DNA of 64,000 nucleotides from an uncultured Gammaproteobacteria bacterium (GTDB lineage Bacteria; Patescibacteriota; Patescibacteriia; Magasanikbacterales; UBA922): NCBI GenBank assembly GCA_964550845.1, contig CAZKAD010000002.1, positions 11,377 to 75,376 of the forward strand, read 5' to 3'. Shown piece by piece: positions 55,059 to 64,000 of this stretch (position 1 is its first letter; each line of letters starts with the position of its first letter). The notes under the pieces were generated by a model. It saw only the letters and a program-made list of their open reading frames with translations, ran no database searches and was not told where the DNA came from. The position numbers and the translations under genes were made by a program.

Positions 55059-55979
55059 ATGCCATTCACTTTTGACCTCGAAAATGAGCGAAAAGAAATT
55101 CGACTTCTTGTTGAGCAATCGGGATACAAACTCCTTGTTCCACAGCTCGAAAAATGTAAAGAAAAAATTAATGCACTCTTAACAACTTTGATGACAGCAC
55201 CTTCGAACGAGGTGGTATCAGAAGTTAGTCAATGTTGCGGCGAACTGAATCAAATTACATCTGCAATTAATCAATTGACCCGTAATGATCCTCGAGAATT
55301 GACAGATTTTCTTTTGTCATCTCCAGTCTGTGAAGATCCAGATTCGAATTTTGTCATTGTAGTTCCAAATGGTAAAAATGGATACGATGTCGAGGGTCTT
55401 CGTTTCTATTATTATCAAAAAATAGTTGAACGATTTGCCTGTCAACCAAATCTCAAGGATGTAGAAGAGGAACCATTTGATATTCAGTGCTGTAAAGATA
55501 AATCCGTTTTGTTTATTAGTAACGAGAATGGAGCCCATCGATTTATTTTTCCAGACAAGTTGATTCCGATTGCAAAATTGCTTGGTGTCTGGGTTCAAAA
55601 CAAAAAGAAAATCAAAGATTCTCCCGGAGAAGTAAAAACTCTCACTGATGTTCGAATTCGATTCGACCTTGATGGACCTGTTCTTGAAATTGCCTACTTG
55701 GAAAATGGAATTGAAAAGAGATTTGTTGATGAAGGAAGTGTGATCATTGACAATTTTTCGCTAAAAACATACCAATTGTTTGCTTTGATTAAAAATTCGA
55801 ATCTTCTTGATCTCGATCCAAATAACGAACATCTCCTCAATGTGAAATCTTACTTTGATACACAAGATAGAATTTCACAAAAGGCTAGAGAGGCACTTTT
55901 GGCAACGAGAAAAGAATCTACATTGGCACCCATTGAAGAAAATGCCGAATCGAGACAATTAAAGAACAAAGAAGATTGA
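55059..55979 (+). CDS. Paralog family C protein
   Basis: MPFTFDLENERKEIRLLVEQSGYKLLVPQLEKC aligns with MPINFDLHQEEKELRELIERSNFKLLIPDLEQC of 56111-56950. AAAATTGA at -50 plus a 9-bp-stem palindrome. Confidence 0.55.
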   Translation: MPFTFDLENERKEIRLLVEQSGYKLLVPQLEKCKEKINALLTTLMTAPSNEVVSEVSQCCGELNQITSAINQLTRNDPRELTDFLLSSPVCEDPDSNFVIVVPNGKNGYDVEGLRFYYYQKIVERFACQPNLKDVEEEPFDIQCCKDKSVLFISNENGAHRFIFPDKLIPIAKLLGVWVQNKKKIKDSPGEVKTLTDVRIRFDLDGPVLEIAYLENGIEKRFVDEGSVIIDNFSLKTYQLFALIKNSNLLDLDPNNEHLLNVKSYFDTQDRISQKAREALLATRKESTLAPIEENAESRQLKNKED

Positions 55980-55994
55980 GAGATAATCAAATAT

Positions 55995-56016
55995 AAAAAT
56001 AATACATTTTAATTCT
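55995..56016. terminator. Palindrome TTAATTCTCC-GA-GGAGAATTAA after paralog 55059-55979; a near-identical copy lies at 56963-56984 after paralog 56111-56950
   Basis: Direct reading. Confidence 0.5.
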
Positions 56017-56110
56017 CCGAGGAGAATTAAACATTTTTTAATAATCAATTAGACTGGCCCCAAAGAATAAAAATGATTTTTAATCTCTAGGAAAAGAAGG
56101 ATGATATCCA

Positions 56111-56950
56111 ATGCCCATCAACTTTGATCTCCACCAGGAAGAAAAAGAACTTCGAGAGCTGATCGAACGTTCAAATTTCAAGCTCTTGATTCCAGATCTT
56201 GAACAATGCGAAATAAAGTTTCACTCCTTAACAAAAGCTTTGAAGGAAGCTCCAAGAAAAAAAGAATGTGAACAAGAAGTAATGAAATTCTGTGAAAAAT
56301 TTCAATCAATCTCAAGAGAAATGATTAATTTGTTTGAACAACATCATCGAAAAGTTGAAAGTTTTTTCAAGTCAAAAATTTACGACGCGAATGGAGACGG
56401 AGAATCATTTCCTCTTCTTGAGGAAAGAGAAGGTAAATATATTCAAACTTCTTTCCATCACGCTTGTTTTGTTCGATATTCAAACAAGTTTATCTTGACT
56501 CAATTTCCAACCGAAGAATTGGATGAAGTTGAGATTGAGATTATAACGAGAAAAAATGGTCATATTTTGCAAGTACTTGACTCAGATGGATTTCCGATTC
56601 TTCAATTTTCTTTTCCATCAAAGCTGCTACCAGTGGCTAAATTTTTGAACGTTTGCATTATATATGATGAAAATGAGGAACGAAATTCCTCAAATGATTT
56701 TGACGATTCAATTCTTCAGTTAAATGACATTCGAATTCGCCTTGAGCGAGGACCTGTTTTTGAATTTTCCTATAAAGTCGGCGATAAATATTTTCTTTAT
56801 TATAGTACAGAAAGTTTGAGTCCGGATACACTTTGTCTCGATTCATATCGATTGATTGCCTCGATTGGTTGTATGAATTTACTCGATCTTGAAGATCGGG
56901 ATCGAAGTTTAATCGAACTTAAACATTGGGCTAATAAAAGCAAACACTAA
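56111..56950 (+). CDS. Paralog family C protein
   Basis: Tandem duplicate of 55059-55979. Both are followed by a near-identical 22-bp palindrome. Confidence 0.55.
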   Translation: MPINFDLHQEEKELRELIERSNFKLLIPDLEQCEIKFHSLTKALKEAPRKKECEQEVMKFCEKFQSISREMINLFEQHHRKVESFFKSKIYDANGDGESFPLLEEREGKYIQTSFHHACFVRYSNKFILTQFPTEELDEVEIEIITRKNGHILQVLDSDGFPILQFSFPSKLLPVAKFLNVCIIYDENEERNSSNDFDDSILQLNDIRIRLERGPVFEFSYKVGDKYFLYYSTESLSPDTLCLDSYRLIASIGCMNLLDLEDRDRSLIELKHWANKSKH

Positions 56951-56988
56951 ATAATATTTTAATTCTCCGCGGAGAATTAAATGTCTCT

Positions 56989-57507
56989 TTATGTAATTAC
57001 CCGATACACAATTCCATCTTTGGCTTCAATCTTAACTACGCCACTCGACCAACCATTGTATCGGACAATTGGATCACTCGACAAAATCTTTGGAAGATGT
57101 TCTCGTTTGTAAGGCAATTTTTTCTCTTCTTCGGGAGTAAGCAAAATATGCTTTGGAACAAGAATATGTTTGTTCAAATTTCCAATTAAGAGTTTTTCAG
57201 GTTCAGAATGAACTTCAAATCTTTGCTTGTCCATGTTTAGAGTTTCATTCATACCGGGAGCAACATCTCGACAGATAATAATTGCTCGGTTTTTACCAAA
57301 CGCAACTAAGGCCGATTCAACAGCCTTCAAATGTGCAGTTACAAATTTACCTTCTCCTTTCACATGATCAAAGAAAGTGAAGAAGATAATTTGTCTCGCG
57401 TTGACAAAGAGTCGTCCGGCAGTACATTCGTGTTCTTCACATTTTGCCTCGCCACGGACTGCGAGCATTTCATTGACCTTTTCAAGGATCTTATTTTGAA
57501 ACTCCAT
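56989..57507 (-). CDS. RNA polymerase subunit RPB5 (RpoH)
   Basis: C-terminal HILVPKHILLTPEEEKKL ... LPKILSSDPIVRYNGWSSGVVKIEAKDGIVYRVIT matches the RPB5 C-terminal domain. Confidence 0.75.
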   Translation of the reverse strand: MEFQNKILEKVNEMLAVRGEAKCEEHECTAGRLFVNARQIIFFTFFDHVKGEGKFVTAHLKAVESALVAFGKNRAIIICRDVAPGMNETLNMDKQRFEVHSEPEKLLIGNLNKHILVPKHILLTPEEEKKLPYKREHLPKILSSDPIVRYNGWSSGVVKIEAKDGIVYRVIT

Positions 57508-57557
57508 TGTTTTTCCTCATCTTTTAAGATGAGAAAATCATTTTTACTTCCTTTCCG

Positions 57558-57860
57558 TTAATTTGAAGAACTAAGTTTTTGTTCAAAACGAAAAATTTTA
57601 TCAGGAGTCTTATGATACCAAACAAGAGATTCTCCCTGTGGTCCATCACAGAGGAATTGTATCCACGTTGATTTTAACTTCGGCGGATCTCCTTCAGCCA
57701 TTTCAAAATGATTTGTCTTTTTTATAACCGCACAAGTGAAAGGTTTTTGATTCCCTTCGACAAAAGATGAGCAATTTTCTTTCATCTTCTGACGGGTAAA
57801 TTCAATCAATTCATTTCTCACTTGGCGAACTAAGGGTAATGGAGGCGGGAAATCATCCAT
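57558..57860 (-). CDS. Hypothetical protein
   Basis: Clean ATG. Divergent from the SNF2 helicase. Confidence 0.45.
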   Translation of the reverse strand: MDDFPPPLPLVRQVRNELIEFTRQKMKENCSSFVEGNQKPFTCAVIKKTNHFEMAEGDPPKLKSTWIQFLCDGPQGESLVWYHKTPDKIFRFEQKLSSSN

Positions 57861-57918
57861 TTCTTTGTCGCTTTTTATGACAAAAATTAAAATTTATTTC
57901 AGTTTTCTAAACATAAGC

Positions 57919-60900
57919 ATGGAGATTGCTCAATTTCTTCCAGTTTATCCTCTATCAAATGACCTTCTTTTTGAGGAGAAAGTTCGAGCAAAAAAAGAAT
58001 TCCAGCATCTCGAATCACATAATGTGCTCGAGCGAAAATTTACTCCGCTTCCCCATCAAATTTATGCTCAAAGAATTCTGTCTGGATATACTCCTTATGA
58101 AGCAAGTATTCTCTTCCAGAGAATGGGTACAGGTAAAACTGGATTAAGTATTTTAACAGTTGAAAACAACTTAAATATGTTTCGGGGAGGTTTGATTATT
58201 GTACCGAGCCAAAAATTTGTCCGTAATTTTGAAAATGAAATTCTCAAGGTGACCGGACAAAAGTATTTTCCACCTCGATGGCAAGAGATGACCAATGAGG
58301 AACGGCAACGAGCGATCCGAAAACAAATTCGAAAGAATTACAAGTTTCTCACTTATGAGGCATTTGCCAATGCTTTGTTTCAAGATGGAGATCGAAAGGT
58401 TGGCGATCCTCAGATTGAACAGGAGTATTCGAATTATGTGATTATTGCTGATGAAGCTCAGAATCTTCGAAAGCAAAAGAATAAGCCAGTCTCATCGAAA
58501 ATTTATGAAGCTTTTTTCATCTTCTTTCACACGGTTAAAAACTGTAAAAAACTATTATTGACTGGAACACCGATGAAAGATCAATGGTCAGAAATGGCTT
58601 CATTGGCGAATCTTATTCTTCCTCTCGATAAACAGCTTCCAACTGGAGATTTGTTTGAAAAAGAATTTTTCAATGATGGAAAAACGATTGCCAATGAACA
58701 TATTCTCAAAGAGAGACTTCGTGGGTATATTTCAGTACTCCAATCTCAACCTACACATGTTAAACGAAGATTTGTTGGATCTAAATTTCAAGATTTGACT
58801 GTATTTGAAGTTGATCTTTGTCAGATGAGTGAGTTTCAATCAAAAGTTTATCAGCAAGCTTACGCCGATGATGATAAATCTGGTGCAAAAAATAGTGGAA
58901 TTTATTCAAATTCTCAACAGGCGATTAATTTTGTCTTTCCTGATGGAACATATGGAAAAAAGGGATTTACAAAACATATGGTCAAACCAGTTAAAGATAT
59001 ACAACTTAAAGCTCGCTCCTATGCAGTTCCAGTGTTTAGTAAAACTCTTCGTGATGCTCTTCGAGGATCAAATAAACAGGAAACTTTAAACAATATTTGG
59101 CAATGTTCTTCGAAATATGCAACTTCGGTAAGAGATTGTCTTGAACAATATCAAAATAAAGCAGGTTGTACATACATCTACAATCCTCTTGTCGATGGAA
59201 GTGGAGCATTGGTTTTTGCACAGTGCTTAGAGTTATTCGGATATACTCGATCTGTTTATGGAAAAGAAACTGAAAAGGGTTTGCGATACGTGCTCTTAAC
59301 CAACTCAACCATCGATGATGCCGGAACAATTGTATCAAATGTACAAGAAACTTTTGCAGATCCAAGAAATGCTCGAGGAGAATACATTCATGTTATCATT
59401 GGGAGTCGTACCTCTGGAGAAGGTCTCTCATTTGGAAATATTCAACTCATTGGAGTCCACAATCCATTTTGGAATTATTCAGTTATTGATCAAGCTATTT
59501 ATCGTGGATTAAGAAGAAATTCTCATCAAGCACTCGAGAAAATCTATCAGCAAGAAGGGAAAGAACTTGTGATTGATATTCATCAATACATGGCACTTCC
59601 GTTGAATCCGACGGTTGATATTTCGTTGGATTATCAAATGTATCAAGTGAGTCAGGCGAAAGATCTAAAGATTAAACGAGGAGAGCGTTTGATGAAGGAA
59701 ATTGCTTATGATTGTCTCGATAAGTACAAGATTAATTCAGTAGGTCAAGATTTCACCCGGGAATGTGATTATTCAAAGTGTGAATATAAGTGTGATCATG
59801 CTGCACCAGCTCCACTCAAGCGAGATGATTTAACTTATAATTTGCATTATTCCGATTATGATAGTTCTTTGGCTCAATTCAAACTGACTGAATTATTTCG
59901 AAAACATTTCCGATTGTCGTTTGCCGAAATTCGAAAAGAACTTTCCGAAATGCCAGAATTTATCCTCTTGAAAACGCTGAAACAAATGATTGAGACGAAT
60001 GTTGCTATTTACAACAAATATGGAGTAATCTCCTATTTGAAAGAACAAAGTAATATTTACTTTTTGGTCAGTTCACCTGAAACAAATTCAAAAATTTCCC
60101 TTGGATTCTACACCGAATATCCGACTGCAATTCGAGAAATGTCACTGTCCGATTTCAATACACAATTACTTGCTGAACAATCTGACGTTTATCTTCAAAT
60201 GATTGCAGAAGCAGCCAAAAGAAATGATCTAATCACGATTGAGAAAGCACTTGACCGTCTTTCAGATGAAGTAAAAATTGGATTGATCCAAGAATTAATT
60301 GATCGTGAACTCAAAGCTCCAGGAAATTCTCAATTACGTAGCTTTATCCTCAATCGATACAAAGGATATATCCATCGAGTCGGTGATGTAATTGCTCTTG
60401 ACTTTGATGAAGATACTCCATTGTGTCGATCTGAAGGAAATTGGATCAGTTGTGATCCGAGTTATGTTCAATATATTGTTGAACAAGAAAAGAAGCTACA
60501 AACTTCGATTCTTGAACAAAATCCAGTCGGCTTTTATGCTCTAATTAATAAAGAACTTCATCGAGGTCCAGATGCATGGAAAAAAGGATTCTGGATTGTC
60601 GATCTTCGTCGTAAGGCAGCTGAATTTAATCCCCAAGATAAAAGAACTGAAATTAAAGGAGAAAAATGTGGTACTGGTACGTTGAAAATTGGTAAACTAG
60701 CCGGAATCGCCTTCCGAACAAGTTGGAAACCTCAAATTGTTTCAAGACTTCCTCGTGATACAATTTTGAATGAATTACTTCGAACTAAAGAATTATTTGA
60801 GGTTATTTCACAAGAGGAATTGTTTCGCCTTTCAGAAGCAGAGTTACAACGATTGTATACATTTCGTCAAATGAAAGCGCAAGATCTTTGTAATGGCTTA

Positions 60901-60960
60901 TCGAGTTGGTTTGAACAAAATGGACTCGTTCGATATACGAGTAAAGAGTCAATGAAATAA
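57919..60960 (+). CDS. SNF2-family helicase/NTPase (poxvirus D6/D11-like)
   Basis: Motif I MGTGKTGLS, II IIADEAQNL, III LLLTGTPMKD, VI QAIYRGLRR. Start set to ATG at MEIAQFL because the upstream track codons are AT-rich low complexity and begin with TTG. Confidence 0.85.
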   Translation: MEIAQFLPVYPLSNDLLFEEKVRAKKEFQHLESHNVLERKFTPLPHQIYAQRILSGYTPYEASILFQRMGTGKTGLSILTVENNLNMFRGGLIIVPSQKFVRNFENEILKVTGQKYFPPRWQEMTNEERQRAIRKQIRKNYKFLTYEAFANALFQDGDRKVGDPQIEQEYSNYVIIADEAQNLRKQKNKPVSSKIYEAFFIFFHTVKNCKKLLLTGTPMKDQWSEMASLANLILPLDKQLPTGDLFEKEFFNDGKTIANEHILKERLRGYISVLQSQPTHVKRRFVGSKFQDLTVFEVDLCQMSEFQSKVYQQAYADDDKSGAKNSGIYSNSQQAINFVFPDGTYGKKGFTKHMVKPVKDIQLKARSYAVPVFSKTLRDALRGSNKQETLNNIWQCSSKYATSVRDCLEQYQNKAGCTYIYNPLVDGSGALVFAQCLELFGYTRSVYGKETEKGLRYVLLTNSTIDDAGTIVSNVQETFADPRNARGEYIHVIIGSRTSGEGLSFGNIQLIGVHNPFWNYSVIDQAIYRGLRRNSHQALEKIYQQEGKELVIDIHQYMALPLNPTVDISLDYQMYQVSQAKDLKIKRGERLMKEIAYDCLDKYKINSVGQDFTRECDYSKCEYKCDHAAPAPLKRDDLTYNLHYSDYDSSLAQFKLTELFRKHFRLSFAEIRKELSEMPEFILLKTLKQMIETNVAIYNKYGVISYLKEQSNIYFLVSSPETNSKISLGFYTEYPTAIREMSLSDFNTQLLAEQSDVYLQMIAEAAKRNDLITIEKALDRLSDEVKIGLIQELIDRELKAPGNSQLRSFILNRYKGYIHRVGDVIALDFDEDTPLCRSEGNWISCDPSYVQYIVEQEKKLQTSILEQNPVGFYALINKELHRGPDAWKKGFWIVDLRRKAAEFNPQDKRTEIKGEKCGTGTLKIGKLAGIAFRTSWKPQIVSRLPRDTILNELLRTKELFEVISQEELFRLSEAELQRLYTFRQMKAQDLCNGLSSWFEQNGLVRYTSKESMK

Positions 60961-61002
60961 TGACATAAGAATTTCTTTTCCTCGAAAGGAAGAGAAATGA
61001 AA

Positions 61003-61036
61003 GATGTTTAACCAGTCCTGAAAGGACGTTTAATCA
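61003..61036 (+). repeat. Single unit GTTTAACC-AGTCCT-GAA-AGGAC-GTTTAAT; the TAA stop of gene 61030-61800 lies inside it
   Basis: Direct reading. Confidence 0.7.
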
Positions 61037-61800
61037 TCAAGGCAGTATTGCCAATGTGCTACCAGATATTCGTAATAGAGTTTGAACCCTTCTTGAGAAA
61101 AGCTTTTATTAGATAAGGTTATTTGCTTGTTATTAGTTAGAGCAATTATAATGTTACCGCATTCAAAAGAAATCGAAGTAATACAACGGGCATTAATACA
61201 TGAATTTTTCACTTGAATGGTACCTTTCTTTTGTATGAGAGGACTTTTCTCTTCCACATTCCCTTGAGCTTTGGCATCTGCAATCACCTTTTGTATACGC
61301 ACTTCTTGCTGGGCAAGAAAAATATATTCTTGGAGTTGTTGATATTCCGGAATCTTGAATGGAAAAGAATTTTCCACCATCTGTTTGAGGAGGTGATTTA
61401 TTTTCTGTTCAATAGGTGATAAAAATCTCTCATTGTCCGTATAACGAAAATGTTTCTGATAATTCTTGAGATATTCCTCTACTAGCGAATAAAAATGCTT
61501 TCTTTCTGCTACTCGAACGAGATGATAGCCCTCGTCGAGCAGATCATTGTTTAAAGAGTTGCCTTGAACTTTTTGAGCTTCGGTTTTACCTTGAGCTTCG
61601 GTTTTACCTTGAACTTTTTGAGCTTCGGTTTTACCTTGAACTTTTTGAATTTCGGCTTTGCCTTGAACTTCAGCTTTGCCTTGAGATTCTGGGCCTGGAT
61701 TTTGAGATCGAGGTGGAACCTTTTCGTCTAGTTCAACTTGACTTACTTGATGATATTCACAGTTGAAATCATCATTATTGGTGCTCAATCTTCTTCTCAT
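61030..61800 (-). CDS. Hypothetical protein with KAE/KTEAQ/KVQG tandem repeats
   Basis: DNA tandem repeats at ~61555-61700 are translated as (KVQGKTEAQ)n. Canonical upstream module: hairpin, AAAATTGA, palindrome. Confidence 0.5.
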   Translation of the reverse strand: MRRRLSTNNDDFNCEYHQVSQVELDEKVPPRSQNPGPESQGKAEVQGKAEIQKVQGKTEAQKVQGKTEAQGKTEAQKVQGNSLNNDLLDEGYHLVRVAERKHFYSLVEEYLKNYQKHFRYTDNERFLSPIEQKINHLLKQMVENSFPFKIPEYQQLQEYIFLAQQEVRIQKVIADAKAQGNVEEKSPLIQKKGTIQVKNSCINARCITSISFECGNIIIALTNNKQITLSNKSFSQEGFKLYYEYLVAHWQYCLDD

Positions 61801-61831
61801 TACTTAAACTTAGACTTAAATTAAGATCAAT

Positions 61832-61869
61832 TATTTTCTTCTCTTCGAGAAGAGAAGAAAATCAATTTT
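61832..61869 (-). promoter_or_regulatory. Canonical module upstream of gene 61030-61800: AAAATTGA (-62), then palindrome TTTTCTTCTCTTCTCGAAGAGAAGAAAA, then ATG
   Basis: Direct reading of the minus strand. Confidence 0.55.
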
Positions 61870-61879
61870 CATTTTCCGT

Positions 61880-61915
61880 CAAGGACTTTTAAACGTCCCT
61901 TCGGGACTTTTAATC
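61880..61915 (+). repeat. Single unit TTTAAACGTCCC-TTCG-GGAC-TTTTAATC at the stop of gene 61910-62524
   Basis: Direct reading. Confidence 0.6.
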
Positions 61916-62524
61916 TTCTTTCGTCTCAAGACGATCGACAACCAATCTGTTAAGTTGAATCGAAAAGAGATGTTGATCACTATCAAATTTAAGATATTCA
62001 ACCAGTCCAGTGATTCTGGCCCCTTGTTGAAGAAGATCAAAATCGATCGTGGTTGTCGTCAACATTTTCTCATCATCGTAAAATTGATAGGTTAAAGTGC
62101 GAGGAAAATTACTTCGGTGAATTTTCCATTCACGAAGCTTCTTTCCAGTAAATAATTCAAGTAATTCAAGATTGTATGAAACAATTGGACGAAGATGAAC
62201 ATAACCATCTTTTACCCCTTGAAAAGAAAACCAAATTTCGATGTCTCGATCCGACAAAATTTTTGCTACTGATCGAAAATCCAAGTTTGCTTCAGTTGAT
62301 TCTGATTGACACACTTGTTGGAATGACGATTGAACATGAAGTTCCAAACCCTCCCATCTGAGTAAGTTGTATATTTTTCGCACTCCTTTTTTGCAGATAT
62401 TTTCATCATTTCTAGGTGGAATTGGGGGTGGAAGTGGACGATTTTGTCTCGATGATTCACAAGGTTCCGAATCATCAGATTGATTAATCTTGAGATATTT
62501 CTTTTTTCCACATAGATTACCCAT
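61910..62524 (-). CDS. Hypothetical protein with N-myristoylation/palmitoylation-type N-terminus
   Basis: Start moved to MGNLCGKKKY (Gly2, Cys5). Palindrome TTCTTT-GATCAA-AAAGAA abuts this ATG. The longer track ORF begins with TTG and overlaps the Nei stop. Confidence 0.45.
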   Translation of the reverse strand: MGNLCGKKKYLKINQSDDSEPCESSRQNRPLPPPIPPRNDENICKKGVRKIYNLLRWEGLELHVQSSFQQVCQSESTEANLDFRSVAKILSDRDIEIWFSFQGVKDGYVHLRPIVSYNLELLELFTGKKLREWKIHRSNFPRTLTYQFYDDEKMLTTTTIDFDLLQQGARITGLVEYLKFDSDQHLFSIQLNRLVVDRLETKED

Positions 62525-62559
62525 TTGTTCTTTTTGATCAAAGAAATAAACCAAAGAAA

Positions 62560-63396
62560 TCATTTTTGGACTAATGGCACCCACCAAATTGTTCTTTGAT
62601 GACTCCCAATCTCAGAAGAAACCTTTTCTCCTTTGGGCGTTTCCGATCTTCCGTATACTTGGAGATAATCTTTGAAATTTTGCCCATCTTGAACAGGTGA
62701 AGTAAAATCTTTGATTTGACAGCCCGACACTTGATAAGAAAGAAGTGAAATTGTTTTCGCTGCATCAAAGATTCGTTTCCATTCTTCAACCGAAATCTGA
62801 TTGCTAGCACGAAATGGAGAGATCTTCGCCGCATACAAAATTTCTGCCGCTAAATAATTTCCAATTCCAGAAATGATCTTTTCTTGATCGAGCAAAATTG
62901 AGAGAATGTCTCGTTTGGTATTCATCTTCGAAACACGTTGAATAAAGTTGTCCCAACTTGAATCTTGGAGTGCGCCGGGAGCAAGTTTATCTGACAAATT
63001 CTGGAGTGAAAAATAAACATTTCCAAATCTTCGCGAATCAGTGTAAATAAATGAAGTTGGAAAGGGTGCTTTTCCTTCAATATTGAATTGAAAGGCTGCA
63101 TGTTTCATTTCACGTTCATTCGGAGCAAACGTGAAATTACCTGTCATTCCCAATCCGGCATAGATATTAAATCTTGACGGTTGACCTCCAAGTGTCTTGA
63201 GATGAAAGATAATCATTTTTCCTTTGGCTGTGACTTTCGAAAAATACAATGGCAATTCTCGTTTAAACTCTTCAAAGTTAGGTGGAACATTATTTTTGTA
63301 CTTGCCACCGATGATTTCCACATTCTTCAATGCTCGTCCTTCGAGAAAGAGATGTAAATTGTCTACCACAAGTTGAACTTCGGGACCTTCCGGCAT
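62560..63396 (-). CDS. nei: Fpg/Nei-family DNA glycosylase (formamidopyrimidine/endonuclease VIII-like)
   Basis: Start set so that the N-terminus is MPEGPEVQ (catalytic Pro2/Glu3 of Fpg/Nei). A 9-bp-stem palindrome lies 5 nt upstream. Confidence 0.8.
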   Translation of the reverse strand: MPEGPEVQLVVDNLHLFLEGRALKNVEIIGGKYKNNVPPNFEEFKRELPLYFSKVTAKGKMIIFHLKTLGGQPSRFNIYAGLGMTGNFTFAPNEREMKHAAFQFNIEGKAPFPTSFIYTDSRRFGNVYFSLQNLSDKLAPGALQDSSWDNFIQRVSKMNTKRDILSILLDQEKIISGIGNYLAAEILYAAKISPFRASNQISVEEWKRIFDAAKTISLLSYQVSGCQIKDFTSPVQDGQNFKDYLQVYGRSETPKGEKVSSEIGSHQRTIWWVPLVQK

Positions 63397-63401
63397 TATC
63401 C

Positions 63402-63428
63402 TTTTTCTTTTCTCGAAAGAAAAGAAAT
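63402..63428 (-). promoter_or_regulatory. Palindrome TTCTTTTCT-TTCGAGA-AAAGAAAA 5 nt upstream of the Nei ATG
   Basis: Direct reading. Confidence 0.5.
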
Positions 63429-63464
63429 TCATTTTATTTCAAATTGATTCCGGATTACTTACAC

Positions 63465-64000
63465 TTACAATCGGAACAATTTCAATGTAAAGTTAAGATC
63501 ACGATCCTTGCGAACTCGGTTAATATCAAGTTCACTCAAGGGGCCCAATTCAGCTTTCAAGTTCTGGGCAGTTGCAATAATCTCTCGAACCATCATTTGA
63601 ATGAAAATATCAACAAGGTCAACTTGTCTATTCTCAGCACATTCTGCTGGCCCTTCAGCAACTGAACACATTGAACTCAATTTCCGAAGTTGATGGCTTT
63701 CGAAGTTCTTAACCAGGGCAGTTTTAACTCCACCTGCAACAGTGCTCTTCAACAGACGAGCCACATCTATAATTTCAACAATTTCTCTCTTTTCGATCAA
63801 CTTGGAAATCAGATGAGTCAAATCACGAATAAAGACAATCAAGATCAACTTGGCATCAGCAGTCAATTCGGCGTTCAAGTCGCGTGCCATCTTATCAACA
63901 ATCGCAGCAGCGGCTTCGGGTTCAACTGAAGATTCTCCAGGAGGAATGACGGTTGAAATCTTGGCAAACAAATTTGGTCGACGTTCTTGATTGAAAGGAC
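63465..64000 (-). CDS. Hypothetical protein, 5' end beyond the window
   Basis: ORF is open to the window edge. The track start is TTG. No motif assigned. Confidence 0.35.
   Translation of the reverse strand, partial: PFNQERRPNLFAKISTVIPPGESSVEPEAAAAIVDKMARDLNAELTADAKLILIVFIRDLTHLISKLIEKREIVEIIDVARLLKSTVAGGVKTALVKNFESHQLRKLSSMCSVAEGPAECAENRQVDLVDIFIQMMVREIIATAQNLKAELGPLSELDINRVRKDRDLNFTLKLFRL

Noticed and set aside
63465-63971. Histone-fold guess for the edge ORF
   Set aside because: There is only vague composition similarity and no H2A/H3/H4 signature. It is left as hypothetical.
1-64000. tRNA or rRNA genes
   Set aside because: No cloverleaf-like GC-rich 70-90 nt segments stand out in the intergenic regions. 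I cannot run a tRNA scan, so absence is not proven.

Overview
The window is AT-rich (about 35-37% GC by eye) and densely coding on both strands, with short intergenic spacers. It looks like a nucleocytoplasmic large DNA virus (NCLDV). Recognisable core genes include an A32-like packaging ATPase, a PIF1-like helicase, a D5-like primase-helicase, RNA polymerase subunits RPB2, RPB5 and RPB10, and a stand-alone gene for the C-terminal half of RPB1 carrying the trigger loop. Also present are a thioredoxin, an FCP1/NIF-type CTD phosphatase, a RuvC/A22-like Holliday-junction resolvase, an SNF2 D6/D11-like helicase, uracil-DNA glycosylase, an Fpg/Nei glycosylase, two Ser/Thr kinases, two RING-finger proteins, an F-box protein, a staphylococcal-nuclease-like nuclease, a class I SAM methyltransferase, a flavin amine oxidase and a serine recombinase. 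The split RPB1 and the gene repertoire fit an iridovirus-like virus (invertebrate iridescent virus-like) best, but I cannot confirm this without a database search. The supplied ORF track evidently allows TTG/GTG starts, so several gene starts were moved to the first ATG that fits the local promoter architecture. The most notable content is non-coding. (1) A pervasive family of about 22-bp units, a GTTTAAC/TTAAAC core plus a 4-5-bp-stem hairpin (GTCYY-loop-RRGAC), occurs singly or in tandem arrays of 2-6 at more than 18 gene boundaries; it often donates the TAA stop of one gene or the TAAATG start of the next, and has been incorporated in-frame into at least two coding sequences. (2) A second class of polypyrimidine-TCGA-polypurine palindromes (for example TTCTTTTCCTCTCGAGGAAAAGAAA) lies directly against start codons and at convergent 3' ends. 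(3) A Mimivirus-type AAAATTGA octamer sits at about -30 to -90 upstream of many genes. There are also at least three lineage-specific paralog families in tandem clusters.
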